Shown one piece after another: positions 12,891-22,149 of a stretch of DNA of 32,000 nt. The notes under the pieces are model-generated. The model saw only the letters and a list, made by a program, of their open reading frames with translations. It had not been told where the DNA came from and made no database searches. Position 1 is the stretch's first letter, and each line of letters opens with the position of its first letter. The stretch is taken from NCBI RefSeq assembly GCF_001481685.1, contig NZ_CP006867.1, positions 1,170,001 through 1,202,000 on the forward strand, read 5' to 3'. The position numbers and the translations under genes were made by a program. Source of the stretch: Ignicoccus islandicus DSM 13165 (GTDB lineage: Archaea > Thermoproteota > Thermoprotei_A > Sulfolobales > Ignicoccaceae).

Positions 12891-13274
12891 TGGTATGAAT
12901 TTAACTAGCGTACCGCAACACTCAGTATACTTGATTGTAGACGCTATTAGTAAGTCCTTTGCATCGTAATTACATCTAACTACTATTGATTTGGTCTTCA
13001 CATCGAAGTACACGAGCTTTGGTTCGCACAAAGCTACGCCCACGTTACCATAAGATTCCTTGAGTAGCTTCACTAAACACTCCTCTAGGCACTTCCTTTC
13101 TAACTTCTTCGGCTCTTCAGAAAGAACATGCATCAAAATGTACCTCTTTCTGACCTTCTCGTTCTTTTTAGCGAGGCTCGTTCCTCCTAAATCTGGAATC
13201 TTCCTACTATTAAGTAAGGCTAGAATCGAGAGTGCTAAAGCTATTGTCGAAAGTATTAACTCTCCTCCACACAC
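12834..13274 (-). CDS. rnp2: Ribonuclease P protein component 2 (Pop5 family), with N-terminal hydrophobic extension
   Basis: RKRYILMHVLSEE...LKESYGNVGVALCEPKLVYFDVKTKSIVVRCNYDAKDLLIASTIKYTECCGTLVKFIPLRAFGTLRSA matches the Pop5/Rnp2 pattern. GTG start. Confidence 0.75.
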   Translation of the reverse strand: MCGGELILSTIALALSILALLNSRKIPDLGGTSLAKKNEKVRKRYILMHVLSEEPKKLERKCLEECLVKLLKESYGNVGVALCEPKLVYFDVKTKSIVVRCNYDAKDLLIASTIKYTECCGTLVKFIPLRAFGTLRSARDHIPKFA

Positions 13275-13588
13275 TCTACGTCCCCTAGATCGATGCCGTA
13301 GAGATCGAGGTACGCCTTCTTCAGAACTTCCTTGGCGCGTTCCGGTGAAGGCTCGCCTTGCCTAGGTAAAAGAGCATAGAATTCTTCACATCCGGCCGGT
13401 GTGAATAACACCTTTATTGCGTACTCCCCTCTCCGATCTAAGAGCACCTTTACCTTTTCGGATTCTAGTAAAGTTTCGCTTAGCTTAGTACACTCTTCAG
13501 GAGGAAGCTTCCTATAGATATCTAGAAGCACGTAATTTTCAGTAAATAAAACCCTTTTGCCTTTACACATATAGCTCTTCAAGATCAT
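13256..13588 (-). CDS. Hypothetical protein in Pop5 operon
   Basis: About 110 aa. Its ATG overlaps the TGA of the upstream zinc-ribbon gene, and its stop overlaps the start of the pop5 gene. Confidence 0.65.
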   Translation of the reverse strand: MILKSYMCKGKRVLFTENYVLLDIYRKLPPEECTKLSETLLESEKVKVLLDRRGEYAIKVLFTPAGCEEFYALLPRQGEPSPERAKEVLKKAYLDLYGIDLGDVECVEES

Positions 13589-13821
13589 CACTCTATTGGT
13601 GTTATGACCGGTTTCAATTGACTATGGCAGTATGGGCATCTACCACCTAGTTTCTTGTATTCGTCTGCGCAGAAGTAGACTCCGAGTTTAGGAGTGCACT
13701 TAGGACATTCATACACGGGCTCCTTAGTAACGTCGGCGTACCTAGCAGTTATTGCGCATCTAACAGTAACCCAGCCTTTATGTCCTTGAGCGTTTACCCC
13801 GTAAACTCCTCCATACGACAT
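13588..13821 (-). CDS. Small zinc-ribbon protein
   Basis: 77 aa: YECPKCTPKLGVYFCADEYKKLGGRCPYCHSQLKPV (CxxC...C...CxxC). Confidence 0.7.
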   Translation of the reverse strand: MSYGGVYGVNAQGHKGWVTVRCAITARYADVTKEPVYECPKCTPKLGVYFCADEYKKLGGRCPYCHSQLKPVITPIE

Positions 13822-13910
13822 TTTCCAACCCGAGGAGAGGAGTGAGGGTAGCTTAATAATAGTTTCAACATTTTAGTCTTCCTCTGTAGTCCCACTCGGG
13901 TATGTAGTTA

Positions 13911-15197
13911 GTGCTTACAGTGATTGTTAGAAGCAAGAGAGACGCGGACGCATTGAGAAACATGATTAAGAACTATAGGAGCGATTGGGGAATTGAAGTA
14001 GAGACTTTGAAAGGTAAGAGAGGTACTGACGTTATAGATGCCGTGAAGGAGCTCGTCTCTGATAACAAGTTCTATTTGGTTTTACTAGGTCGCGAAGAGG
14101 CGGACGTAATTAAAGAGCTCTCCGACTCGACTCCCCCTAATGTTATCGTTCACGGAATCAGAAAAAAGAGAATAAGGAACACTCGCTTAAGTGAACTCAA
14201 TTGGGAACTAGAGGTAGCCAAGAGTCAACCGAGATTGTGGATTGAGTGGAGCGGAGATACGCCATTTATAGCTAAGAAGTACGTAAGAGGAGAGCCTGGA
14301 ACGGACGTCTTCTTGGGCTGGGGTCTCTGGTGGAAGACCTTAGGCTTAGGAGAGCCTTCACACAAAGGTTTCCTAGTAAAGAAAAGCGCGGACGGGGTCC
14401 ACACAGTAATAGCTGGTGGTAGAGCAGTAGCTCTCACCGAAATAACTGACAATAGAATACCTCAAACCGTTCTGCTAGGCGAAGTAAGAGGCTTCGAGCT
14501 TAAGGAGTTCGCTAACTTGTCGCGTAACGTAATACGCAGCTTCGTAAGAGGAACAGCTAAGCTGTTCGAAGGATGTGAGAAAGCCATAGTTCCTTGGAGC
14601 GGTGGTAAGGATAGTACGGCCGCTTTGCTAATAGCTAAGGAATACTGTGACGAAGTCGAAGCAATATACGTTGATACAGGAGTTGACATGGGTTTGAACA
14701 AGTACTACATCGAAAAAATTGCCAACGAAATGAACGTGAATTACGAAGTAGTTAGAGCTCCTGTTAAAGAGAATATAATGGAACTGGGATTTCCTTCTCG
14801 TGACAATAGATGGTGCACTGGATTGAAAATAAAGGCGCTGGAAGATGCAATAAAGAGGAGAGGCAAGGTCAAAGTCGTAGTAGGAGATCGCGATGCCGAG
14901 TCCATCTCTAGGTCCCGAAGGTGGTTTGAGAGGGAGTGGGAAGGGGTTGCAGAGGTCCTCGCTCCCCTGAAGCTTTGGAGCGGTGCAATGGTTTTAGCTT
15001 ACTTACTAAGCGAGAATGTACTTCCTAATCCGCTCTATGCTCTAGGCTTCTATAGACTCGGTTGCTACGTTTGCCCGTTCCTTAGGGCGTACGAAAGGAA
15101 GTTATTAAGGGAGGTAAGGGCAGCTAAAATAGGTGCCGACGAGGACCTCTTAAACCAGTTCTTGGGGAGGCACGAAGGCTATGACTTGGGGATGTAA
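13911..15197 (+). CDS. PAPS reductase-like / N-type ATP pyrophosphatase family protein
   Basis: PWSGGKDSTAALLIAKEY (PP-loop), FPSRDNRWCTGLKIKAL and RLGCYVCPFLR, plus an N-terminal PUA-like region. Confidence 0.88.
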   Translation: MLTVIVRSKRDADALRNMIKNYRSDWGIEVETLKGKRGTDVIDAVKELVSDNKFYLVLLGREEADVIKELSDSTPPNVIVHGIRKKRIRNTRLSELNWELEVAKSQPRLWIEWSGDTPFIAKKYVRGEPGTDVFLGWGLWWKTLGLGEPSHKGFLVKKSADGVHTVIAGGRAVALTEITDNRIPQTVLLGEVRGFELKEFANLSRNVIRSFVRGTAKLFEGCEKAIVPWSGGKDSTAALLIAKEYCDEVEAIYVDTGVDMGLNKYYIEKIANEMNVNYEVVRAPVKENIMELGFPSRDNRWCTGLKIKALEDAIKRRGKVKVVVGDRDAESISRSRRWFEREWEGVAEVLAPLKLWSGAMVLAYLLSENVLPNPLYALGFYRLGCYVCPFLRAYERKLLREVRAAKIGADEDLLNQFLGRHEGYDLGM

Positions 15198-15960
15198 GGC
15201 TTTCAAGGAGAAGATACTTACTAAATTGAATCAGATGAGCCTAGATCTTGCAAGAGAGGGCTCGCGGAACAACGTTCAATTAATTGAAGTCATTAGAGAC
15301 TTGGGTGACCAAGTAGATCCTTCCGTTCCTTGCTCCCTCAGGAGCTGGGAATTTTGGAGGAAGGCATACCTCGAATTACGTAACGCGAATTCGGACGAAA
15401 ACGAAGCTCGAAAGTTAAGAGCGCTCGTCGAGTACCTCAACGAAGTCAACGCGTTCGACATTAAATGGATCTCTGTAGTGAATTTAGTATCCTTAATAAC
15501 TCTAACCACTACGGTTCTCCTCACAGGACCTTCGATACCCAGTTACTTGGGCTTAGTAGCACTATTAATGAGTAAGATCTATCCCCTTGAGACTCTTATA
15601 TTTTCATCCACAATCATACCAACTTCCATATTAATTCATAACATTGAAATGTATCCCCTCGCCTCAATTATCGCTCTCTTAAACGCGTTCTCGATCTTTG
15701 GAGTGTTCGGAGAGAAGCCGAAATATAGGGAAGTGAAGACAACGCAGAAACTCGAAATTAAAGTAAGTGAAGATGAGATCTTAACTATGCTCAAGCAAGT
15801 ATACGGTAAAGAAGCAAAGGACATACTTGACTTCCTAGTGACTCAGCTAATAGTAGAGGGCTACACTAAGGATGAAGCGCTATCTGAGATATGGAGGAGG
15901 TTAACTGGAGAGGAGACCTCAAGAGGACATGAGAGCAGCACAGAGGTCTCTCATGCTTAG
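15181..15960 (+). CDS. Hypothetical membrane protein
   Basis: 259 aa with central hydrophobic segments flanked by soluble helical regions. It overlaps the upstream PP-loop ATPase gene by 17 nt. Confidence 0.65.
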   Translation: MTWGCKAFKEKILTKLNQMSLDLAREGSRNNVQLIEVIRDLGDQVDPSVPCSLRSWEFWRKAYLELRNANSDENEARKLRALVEYLNEVNAFDIKWISVVNLVSLITLTTTVLLTGPSIPSYLGLVALLMSKIYPLETLIFSSTIIPTSILIHNIEMYPLASIIALLNAFSIFGVFGEKPKYREVKTTQKLEIKVSEDEILTMLKQVYGKEAKDILDFLVTQLIVEGYTKDEALSEIWRRLTGEETSRGHESSTEVSHA

Positions 15961-16308
15961 TATTCCTAGAACTCTGTTTCCTTGAACTACCACTAGGTGC
16001 CTTACGCCGTTGTCCAACATCATTTTCAAAGCCTCTTCTACCGTAACGTCGGGAGTTATCGTTATGACTTCTGACCATGGGGTCATGTAGTACTTTACCT
16101 TAGCCCTACTCGGATCAGCACCTAACGCCAATGCTGCGATGATGTCCCTCTCTGTGATAAGACCAACGACCTTTCCACCTTCGGCCGTTACCAAGAGCGC
16201 ACCAATAGCGTTCTCGTGCATTCTCTCTGCTGCTTCGCCTAAAGTCGCATCTCCATCTATTGAGATAATTAGTCTTTCCCTTCCGAAATATTTCTCAACG
16301 GAACTCAT
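15919..16308 (-). CDS. Tandem CBS domain protein
   Basis: Two CBS repeats: GALLVTAEGGKVVGLITERDIIAAL and VRHLVVVQGNRVLGILSMRDLCAAL. The start could be GTG 16317 or ATG 16308. Confidence 0.9.
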   Translation of the reverse strand: MSSVEKYFGRERLIISIDGDATLGEAAERMHENAIGALLVTAEGGKVVGLITERDIIAALALGADPSRAKVKYYMTPWSEVITITPDVTVEEALKMMLDNGVRHLVVVQGNRVLGILSMRDLCAALMSS

Positions 16309-16344
16309 GCTCTTCACCGCCCATTCGAGATCTGGAACGGTTTA

Positions 16345-16353
16345 ATTATAAAG
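16345..16353 (-). promoter_or_regulatory. TATA box of CBS gene
   Basis: Minus-strand CTTTATAAT about 28-45 nt upstream of the CBS start, consistent with a nearly leaderless mRNA. Confidence 0.6.
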
Positions 16354-16412
16354 GGCTACTTAGCTCATTTATCTTAATTCTATTTATTATGGAATACGAA
16401 GCGATCGAAAAT

Positions 16413-16490
16413 AGGAACCTCGGTGCCGGGGTTGATGGTCATTGGGTTGCGAGGAGCCCCCTCCCCAGCGGCCATTCCGAGCCTCACAGG
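16413..16490. ncRNA. Candidate structured RNA (GC-rich long hairpin)
   Basis: Intergenic. Nested complementarity: CTCGG(16419-16423)/CCGAG(16477-16481), GATGGTC(16434-16440)/GGCCATT(16470-16476), TTGGG(16442-16446)/CCCAG(16464-16468), GAGG(16451-16454)/CCTC(16460-16463). Confidence 0.4.
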
Positions 16491-16494
16491 CCCT

Positions 16495-17739
16495 TCACTT
16501 AACTATACCCCAACCAGCGAGCCTCCATCTATTCCCTATCCTCCTGTTGAAAGCCACTCTAGCTCCCTTCCACGCGACCACTGGTCTCTGTAATTTTACG
16601 CTCATCTCATCCTTAGTTATTGAAGTTACGACTCCAACAGTAATTGCAGTTCCTACTGTAATCATTAGCGGTTCGCCTCTTCTCGGTGGCGTTATTTTAG
16701 TTTCTTTTTGGAATCCAACGACTCTCTCTAGTAAGTGGTACTCCATGGTTAATTCATTGAAAACTGGGGGTAGTTCGCCGGGCCTGCCTACTACACTGCC
16801 TACTAGGGCGTCTGCCTTAGTTAGGGATGGATCCAACTTGGTACCTATGGCAACTAGGCCTCCTGGTAACGCCTCCTCTACTTCAACGTTTCCAAATCTC
16901 AAACTAACTACTTCGCTTTCTAAGGGAACGTATTCGATCTTGGTTCCACTTCGTACGGGGTATCCCGGTCTTATCTCAATTTTGTCACCTATCCTTAATT
17001 TGCCTCTTATAAGTGAACCACCGACAACGCCTCCTACAAGCTTTTCGGGCGGGGTACCGGGCTTGTTTACGTCGAAGCTCCTCGCTATCCACATCAAAGG
17101 AGGTGACTCCAAGTCCCTCGGCGGAGTTGGAATCTCTTCTTCGATAGCCTCAAGCAATGCGTCGATGTTTACCTTGTGAAGGGCACTTACGGGCACTATT
17201 ACGGCGTCCTCTGCCCACGTTCCCTTTAAGAACTCCTTTATTTGTTGGTAGTTCTTCAACGCCTCTTCCTTGGTCACAACGTCTATCTTGTTTTGAACTA
17301 CTACTAATCTCTTTATTCCGACTATGCTTAGTGCCATGAAATGTTCTAGAGTTTGGGGTTGGGGACAAGGTTCGTTTGCGGCAATGACTAGTAAAGCGCC
17401 ATCCATCAAAGAGCTACCGGATAGCATCGTTGCCATTAGTACCTCGTGGCCTGGAGCGTCTACGTATGAAACCCTCCTAAGAAGCTGAGGTACACTGCCT
17501 TTTGGACACCTTGGACACTTGGGCTCGGGCGAATACGCATCTGGTTCGGGACAATTAGTGCACTTGTAAATATCACCGTCTGCGTAGCCGAGCTTGATAG
17601 TCATTCCCCTCTTTAGTTCCTCACTGTGCCTAGCAGTCCACACGCCAGTTAAGGCTTGGACTAGAGTAGTCTTCCCGTGGTCTACGTGACCTACGACGCC
17701 GATGTTCACTTCAGGCTGAACGTCCTTACTCCCTTTCAT
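16495..17739 (-). CDS. eif2g: Translation initiation factor aIF2 subunit gamma
   Basis: [42 protein letters not shown] and a zinc-knuckle insert [20 protein letters not shown]. Confidence 0.97.
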   Translation of the reverse strand: MKGSKDVQPEVNIGVVGHVDHGKTTLVQALTGVWTARHSEELKRGMTIKLGYADGDIYKCTNCPEPDAYSPEPKCPRCPKGSVPQLLRRVSYVDAPGHEVLMATMLSGSSLMDGALLVIAANEPCPQPQTLEHFMALSIVGIKRLVVVQNKIDVVTKEEALKNYQQIKEFLKGTWAEDAVIVPVSALHKVNIDALLEAIEEEIPTPPRDLESPPLMWIARSFDVNKPGTPPEKLVGGVVGGSLIRGKLRIGDKIEIRPGYPVRSGTKIEYVPLESEVVSLRFGNVEVEEALPGGLVAIGTKLDPSLTKADALVGSVVGRPGELPPVFNELTMEYHLLERVVGFQKETKITPPRRGEPLMITVGTAITVGVVTSITKDEMSVKLQRPVVAWKGARVAFNRRIGNRWRLAGWGIVK

Positions 17740-17847
17740 TTCTCATTCCGTGTCTTCGTGGAAGCGCGTGACTAATATATTACAGTTCTCTCCCCCACTC
17801 TGAATCTTTAATACCGCTATTCCCCCATGGGTTAGGGACCTAAAGTA

Positions 17848-18093
17848 ATGGCAGAAAGGAAATTTAAAGTCACTGATCACGTATTGGTTCCCGAACACGT
17901 CAAACTCAGTGACGAAGAAGCATATGAAATTTTGAAAAAATACGGATTGAAGCCAGAGGACCTACCAATCCTCCGCGTTGATGATCCAGTAGCGAAGGAA
18001 TTGGGCTTGAAGCCTGGAGACATAGTGAAGATAATAAGAAGGAGCGATAAGGCAGAGGAAGTAGTAACTTTAAGGTACGTAGTCGGTATATAA
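17848..18093 (+). CDS. rpoH: DNA-directed RNA polymerase subunit H (Rpb5-like)
   Basis: 81 aa: VTDHVLVPEHVKLSDEEAYEILKKYGLKPEDLPILRVDDPVAKELGLKPGDIVKIIRRS. Confidence 0.96.
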   Translation: MAERKFKVTDHVLVPEHVKLSDEEAYEILKKYGLKPEDLPILRVDDPVAKELGLKPGDIVKIIRRSDKAEEVVTLRYVVGI

Positions 18094-18125
18094 AAACCCC
18101 CTTTCCGCGTCACAGGTGGTCTGAT

Positions 18126-21100
18126 ATGAGTTCTCAGGAAGCTCGCGAGTTCCCTACTCCAGAAGATAGATGGATCGTAATGAACTCATACTTCAAAGAG
18201 AGAGGACTGACACAGCAACAGTTGCAATCATACAACAAGTTCGTTACAGAAACGTTACAACAGTTAATCGATGAAATAGGTGAGGTCGAGCTACTCGAAG
18301 GCTACAAGCTAGTTTTCGGTAAAGTGAGATACGGTAAACCGATAGTCAAGGAGCCTGATGGCGTCAACGAGGAAGTAACTCCTATGGAATGTAGGATTAG
18401 AGATCTTACGTACTCAGTCCCGATATATTTGCAAGTCAAGTTAATCAAACCCAACTACGAGGAGATTGAAGAGGAAGTTGAAATAGGGCAAATGCCCATA
18501 ATGCTTAGGTCAGTTATAGATCCTCTCTCGAAACTCTCTCCCGAAGAACTGATTGAGAGAGGCGAAGACCCTAGGGATCCCGGGGGCTATTTCATAATTG
18601 ATGGAAGCGAGAAGGTAATAGTAACCCAGGAGGACCTAGCGCTCAACCAAGTATTGGTTGACAAGGGCGGACCTCAAACCACAGTTACTCACACGGCTAA
18701 GGTTCTTTCGAGTACTTTAGGGTATAGGGTGCAAGTAATTGTTGAAAGGTTAAAGGATGGAAACATTTACGTAGTATTCCCTTCAATACCGGGCAGGATT
18801 CCATTCGTTGTTATGATGAGGGCGCTCGGAATTGAATCAGACAAAGACATCGCCGCACTCGTTAGCTTCGATCCCGAGATTCAACAAGAACTCTTAGCTT
18901 CCCTAGAACAAGCAGCTCCATTCGCAACTGTAGAAGACGCTCTCGATCTAATAGGTTCCAGAATAGCTCTAGGTCTCCCCAGGGAAAAGAGAATTGAAAG
19001 AGCGGAGCAAATAATAGATAATAACTTCTTACCCCACCTAGGAAACAAACCTGAAGATAGGCTCAAGAAAGCCATCTTCATTGCTCATATGGCAAGAAAG
19101 TTACTTGAAGTTTACTTGGAAAAGAGGGAACCGGACGACAAGGACCATTACGCTAATAGGAGAATGAAGCTAGCTGGAGACATGCTAGCATCTCTATTCA
19201 GAAGCTACTTGAGACAGATGGTAAAGGACATAGGTTATCAATTAGAGAGATTGGCTAGTAAGGACCCACGCAGCGTTCATTTGAGGATGATAATTAGATC
19301 TAACTATCTAAGCGAGAAGGTGAGGCAAGCTTTAGCTACCGGAAACTGGGTAGGCGGCAGAACGGGCGTTTCTCAATTGCTGGATAGGACTAACTGGCTC
19401 AGCACCCTCTCTCACTTAAGAAGGGTCGTCTCGCCCCTTTCGAGAACTCAACCTCACTACGAGGCAAGAGAACTTCACATGACCCAATGGGGTAGAATAT
19501 GTCCCTTCGAAACTCCCGAAGGTCCTAACATCGGTCTAGTTAAGAACCTAGCATTGTCTGCATACATCTCAGTTGGCGTTCCTGAGGAAGACGTAGAGGA
19601 AGTCCTAAAGGAACTCGGAATGGTACCTATTGACCAAGTGATTGAATTAATTCGAAACGATCAGCCGATACCCGATGAAGTAATCAACGGCGCGAGAGTC
19701 TACTTGAACGGGAGGCCCGTAGGTTACTACCCAGATCCGCATGAGCTTGCATCTAAACTCAGATCTCTTAGACGACAAGGTAAGCTTCACTACGAAGTTA
19801 GCGTCGGAGTATACGAAAACGACGACGGTAGCATAAGGGAGGTTTACGTCAATACGGATAGCGGTAGATTAATGAGACCAGTCTTCGTAGTTGAGAATGG
19901 TCAATTGAAGCTGAAACCTGAGCACATTGAAAAGCTGAAGAAGGGCGAATGGACTTTCACGGACTTGTTGACTAGGGGCATAGTAGAATTACTAGACGCC
20001 GAGGAGGAAGAGAACGCTTACATAGCTTTGGACCCAAAGGATCTCACTCCCGAACATACGCACATGGAGATATGGACTCCAGCCATTCTCGGCGTTGCCG
20101 CCTCTACTATACCTTACCTAGAACACAACCAGAGTCCGAGGAACAGCTATCAGAGCGCCATGGCCAAGCAAGCTCTAGGTCTCTATACTGCTAACTTCAT
20201 GATGAGAACCGATACTAGAGGATACTACTTGCATTATCCAGAGAGGCCGTTAGTACAAACTAAGCACATGGACCTAATAGGCTATAACGATAGACCCGCC
20301 GGTCAAAACGTAGTAGCTGCAATAATGTCGTATACAGGTTACAACATAGAGGACGCAGTTATACTGAACAAATCCAGCGTTGAAAGAGGTCTACTCAGAG
20401 CGACGTTCTTCAGACTTTACCAGACTGAGGAGCAAAAGTACCCTGGTGGTCAAGAGGATAGAATAGAGATTCCAGATCCTACCAAGAAGATAAGAGGTTA
20501 CAGAGGTCCAGACGCGTATAGGAAGTTGGATTCCGATGGAATAGTTCAACCAGAAACATACGTAGTAGGAGGAGAAGTCCTAATAGGAAAAACAAGTCCA
20601 CCTAAGTTCAGCGAAGAGTACAAGGAGCTCGGAGTAGCGGAACTAGGGAGAAGGGACACCTCAGTAGTCGTAAGACATGGCGAAGAGGGTATAGTAGATA
20701 CTGTCGTGATTACCCAGAATATAGATGGTATAAAAATGGTAAAGATAAAGGTAAGAGACTTAAGAATACCGGAGATAGGAGATAAGTTCGCTTCAAGACA
20801 TGGTCAGAAGGGCGTTGCAAGTATATTGATACCGCAATACGACATGCCTTACTCGGAGTTCGGAATAGTTCCCGACATGATACTGAACCCTCACGCGTTC
20901 CCTTCAAGAATGACGTTAGGCCAACTGATCGAGAGCATTGCCGCTAAGGCGGCATCGTTCAGAGGAAGGGAGGTAGACGCCACGCCGTTCTATAAAGAAC
21001 CAATAGACGAGCTTAGGAAGGTGCTAGTGGAGAGAGGTCTCCCACCAGATGGATCCGAGGTTATGTTCGATGGAAGGACGGGCGAAATGGTTCGCAGGCC

Positions 21101-21524
21101 TATATTCATAGGAGTTGTATTCTATCAGAGGCTCTACCACATGGTTGCTGACAAACTTCACGCCAGAGCCAGAGGACCGGTCCAGATACTTACTAGACAA
21201 CCAACTGAGGGTAGAATGCGTAAAGGAGGTCTAAGGTTCGGTGAAATGGAAAGAGACGTTCTAGTTGCACACGGCGTAGCCGAGCTCTTGCTTGAGAGAC
21301 TCTTAAAGAGCAGCGACTTAACTAAGGTATGGGTTTGCGCCAAGTGTGGTCACATAGGCTGGTGGGACGCCTTCAAGGGTAGACCGGTGTGCCCAATACA
21401 CGGTGAGGAAGGGGACATGTATCAAGTTGAAATGAGCTACGCCTTCAAACTGCTATTGCAAGAGATAATGAGCTTAGTTATAATGCCGCGTTTGAGACTA
21501 GGAGATAAGTTCTCGAAGATATAA
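18126..21524 (+). CDS. rpoB: DNA-directed RNA polymerase subunit B (unsplit)
   Basis: 1132 aa: RICPFETPEGPNIGLVKNLA, GDKFASRHGQKGV, C-terminal zinc ribbon CAKCGHIGW...CPIHG. Confidence 0.98.
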   Translation: MSSQEAREFPTPEDRWIVMNSYFKERGLTQQQLQSYNKFVTETLQQLIDEIGEVELLEGYKLVFGKVRYGKPIVKEPDGVNEEVTPMECRIRDLTYSVPIYLQVKLIKPNYEEIEEEVEIGQMPIMLRSVIDPLSKLSPEELIERGEDPRDPGGYFIIDGSEKVIVTQEDLALNQVLVDKGGPQTTVTHTAKVLSSTLGYRVQVIVERLKDGNIYVVFPSIPGRIPFVVMMRALGIESDKDIAALVSFDPEIQQELLASLEQAAPFATVEDALDLIGSRIALGLPREKRIERAEQIIDNNFLPHLGNKPEDRLKKAIFIAHMARKLLEVYLEKREPDDKDHYANRRMKLAGDMLASLFRSYLRQMVKDIGYQLERLASKDPRSVHLRMIIRSNYLSEKVRQALATGNWVGGRTGVSQLLDRTNWLSTLSHLRRVVSPLSRTQPHYEARELHMTQWGRICPFETPEGPNIGLVKNLALSAYISVGVPEEDVEEVLKELGMVPIDQVIELIRNDQPIPDEVINGARVYLNGRPVGYYPDPHELASKLRSLRRQGKLHYEVSVGVYENDDGSIREVYVNTDSGRLMRPVFVVENGQLKLKPEHIEKLKKGEWTFTDLLTRGIVELLDAEEEENAYIALDPKDLTPEHTHMEIWTPAILGVAASTIPYLEHNQSPRNSYQSAMAKQALGLYTANFMMRTDTRGYYLHYPERPLVQTKHMDLIGYNDRPAGQNVVAAIMSYTGYNIEDAVILNKSSVERGLLRATFFRLYQTEEQKYPGGQEDRIEIPDPTKKIRGYRGPDAYRKLDSDGIVQPETYVVGGEVLIGKTSPPKFSEEYKELGVAELGRRDTSVVVRHGEEGIVDTVVITQNIDGIKMVKIKVRDLRIPEIGDKFASRHGQKGVASILIPQYDMPYSEFGIVPDMILNPHAFPSRMTLGQLIESIAAKAASFRGREVDATPFYKEPIDELRKVLVERGLPPDGSEVMFDGRTGEMVRRPIFIGVVFYQRLYHMVADKLHARARGPVQILTRQPTEGRMRKGGLRFGEMERDVLVAHGVAELLLERLLKSSDLTKVWVCAKCGHIGWWDAFKGRPVCPIHGEEGDMYQVEMSYAFKLLLQEIMSLVIMPRLRLGDKFSKI

Positions 21525-21533
21525 GGTGTTTTC

Positions 21534-22097
21534 ATGAAGAGAGTCTTAATTGTAGGTGCAGGCGCACTGGGGAGCTGGACGGCCGAAATACTCTCCAGAA
21601 AGGGTCCATTTTCTTTCTATATTGTTGATCCCGATAGAGTGGAGGAAAGTAATCTAGATAGGCAACTCTTCTACCCGCAAGACGTGGGAAAATACAAGGC
21701 TGAAGTTCTAGCACAAAGAATTACCCTTATGGGAAACGACGCGCAAGCAATAATTTCAAGGATAGAGGATGTTGAAGGAATAAGCGCTGACATAGCATTG
21801 GCCTTAACTGATAACATCCCTAGTAGGATATTCGTAGAAGAAAGGTATTTTCCTACTATACACGGTATGGTGAGACCCGAAGTAGGCATGGTCTTGATGA
21901 CTACAAACGAAGTAAAGCTCTCCAATCTAATGACGGAAGGTAAACACACGGGCGCTCAAGACGTTTCCATGGTTGTATCGGTAGCCTCATTGGTCGCGAG
22001 GCTAGCTCTAGATTACTTAATTAGAGGCGATACGTCCAACGCGGGGAAGTTATTTCTCTTATCTAGATATTCACTCGAAGTCTTGGATCTTGAGTGA
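21534..22097 (+). CDS. Minimal E1/ThiF-like adenylation domain protein
   Basis: RVLIVGAGALGSWTAEILSR...YIVDPDRVEESNLDRQLFYPQDVGKYKAEVLAQRI. It has the nucleotide-binding glycine loop, SNLxRQ and a conserved Lys. At 187 aa it has no CxxC zinc pairs. Confidence 0.85.
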   Translation: MKRVLIVGAGALGSWTAEILSRKGPFSFYIVDPDRVEESNLDRQLFYPQDVGKYKAEVLAQRITLMGNDAQAIISRIEDVEGISADIALALTDNIPSRIFVEERYFPTIHGMVRPEVGMVLMTTNEVKLSNLMTEGKHTGAQDVSMVVSVASLVARLALDYLIRGDTSNAGKLFLLSRYSLEVLDLE

Positions 22098-22110
22098 TAA
22101 ATGGTTTACA

Positions 22111-22120
22111 CTTATATAAA
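22111..22120 (+). promoter_or_regulatory. TATA box of DUF505 gene
   Basis: CTTATATAAA, followed by an ATG at 22150 at leaderless/short-leader distance. Confidence 0.6.
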
Positions 22121-22149
22121 TGCTTTATTTTTCAGCATGGAGATTAGAA

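Noticed and set aside
16413-16490. tRNA, 5S rRNA or SRP RNA identity for the GC-rich hairpin
   Set aside because: There is no T-arm GGTTCRANTCC or cloverleaf, no full 5S match, and none of the conserved SRP S-domain motifs. Only a generic candidate-ncRNA call is supported.
16442-17179. 245-aa plus-strand ORF opposite aIF2-gamma
   Set aside because: It is antisense to a strongly conserved gene, with low-complexity Pro/Thr/Ser-rich sequence typical of shadow ORFs.
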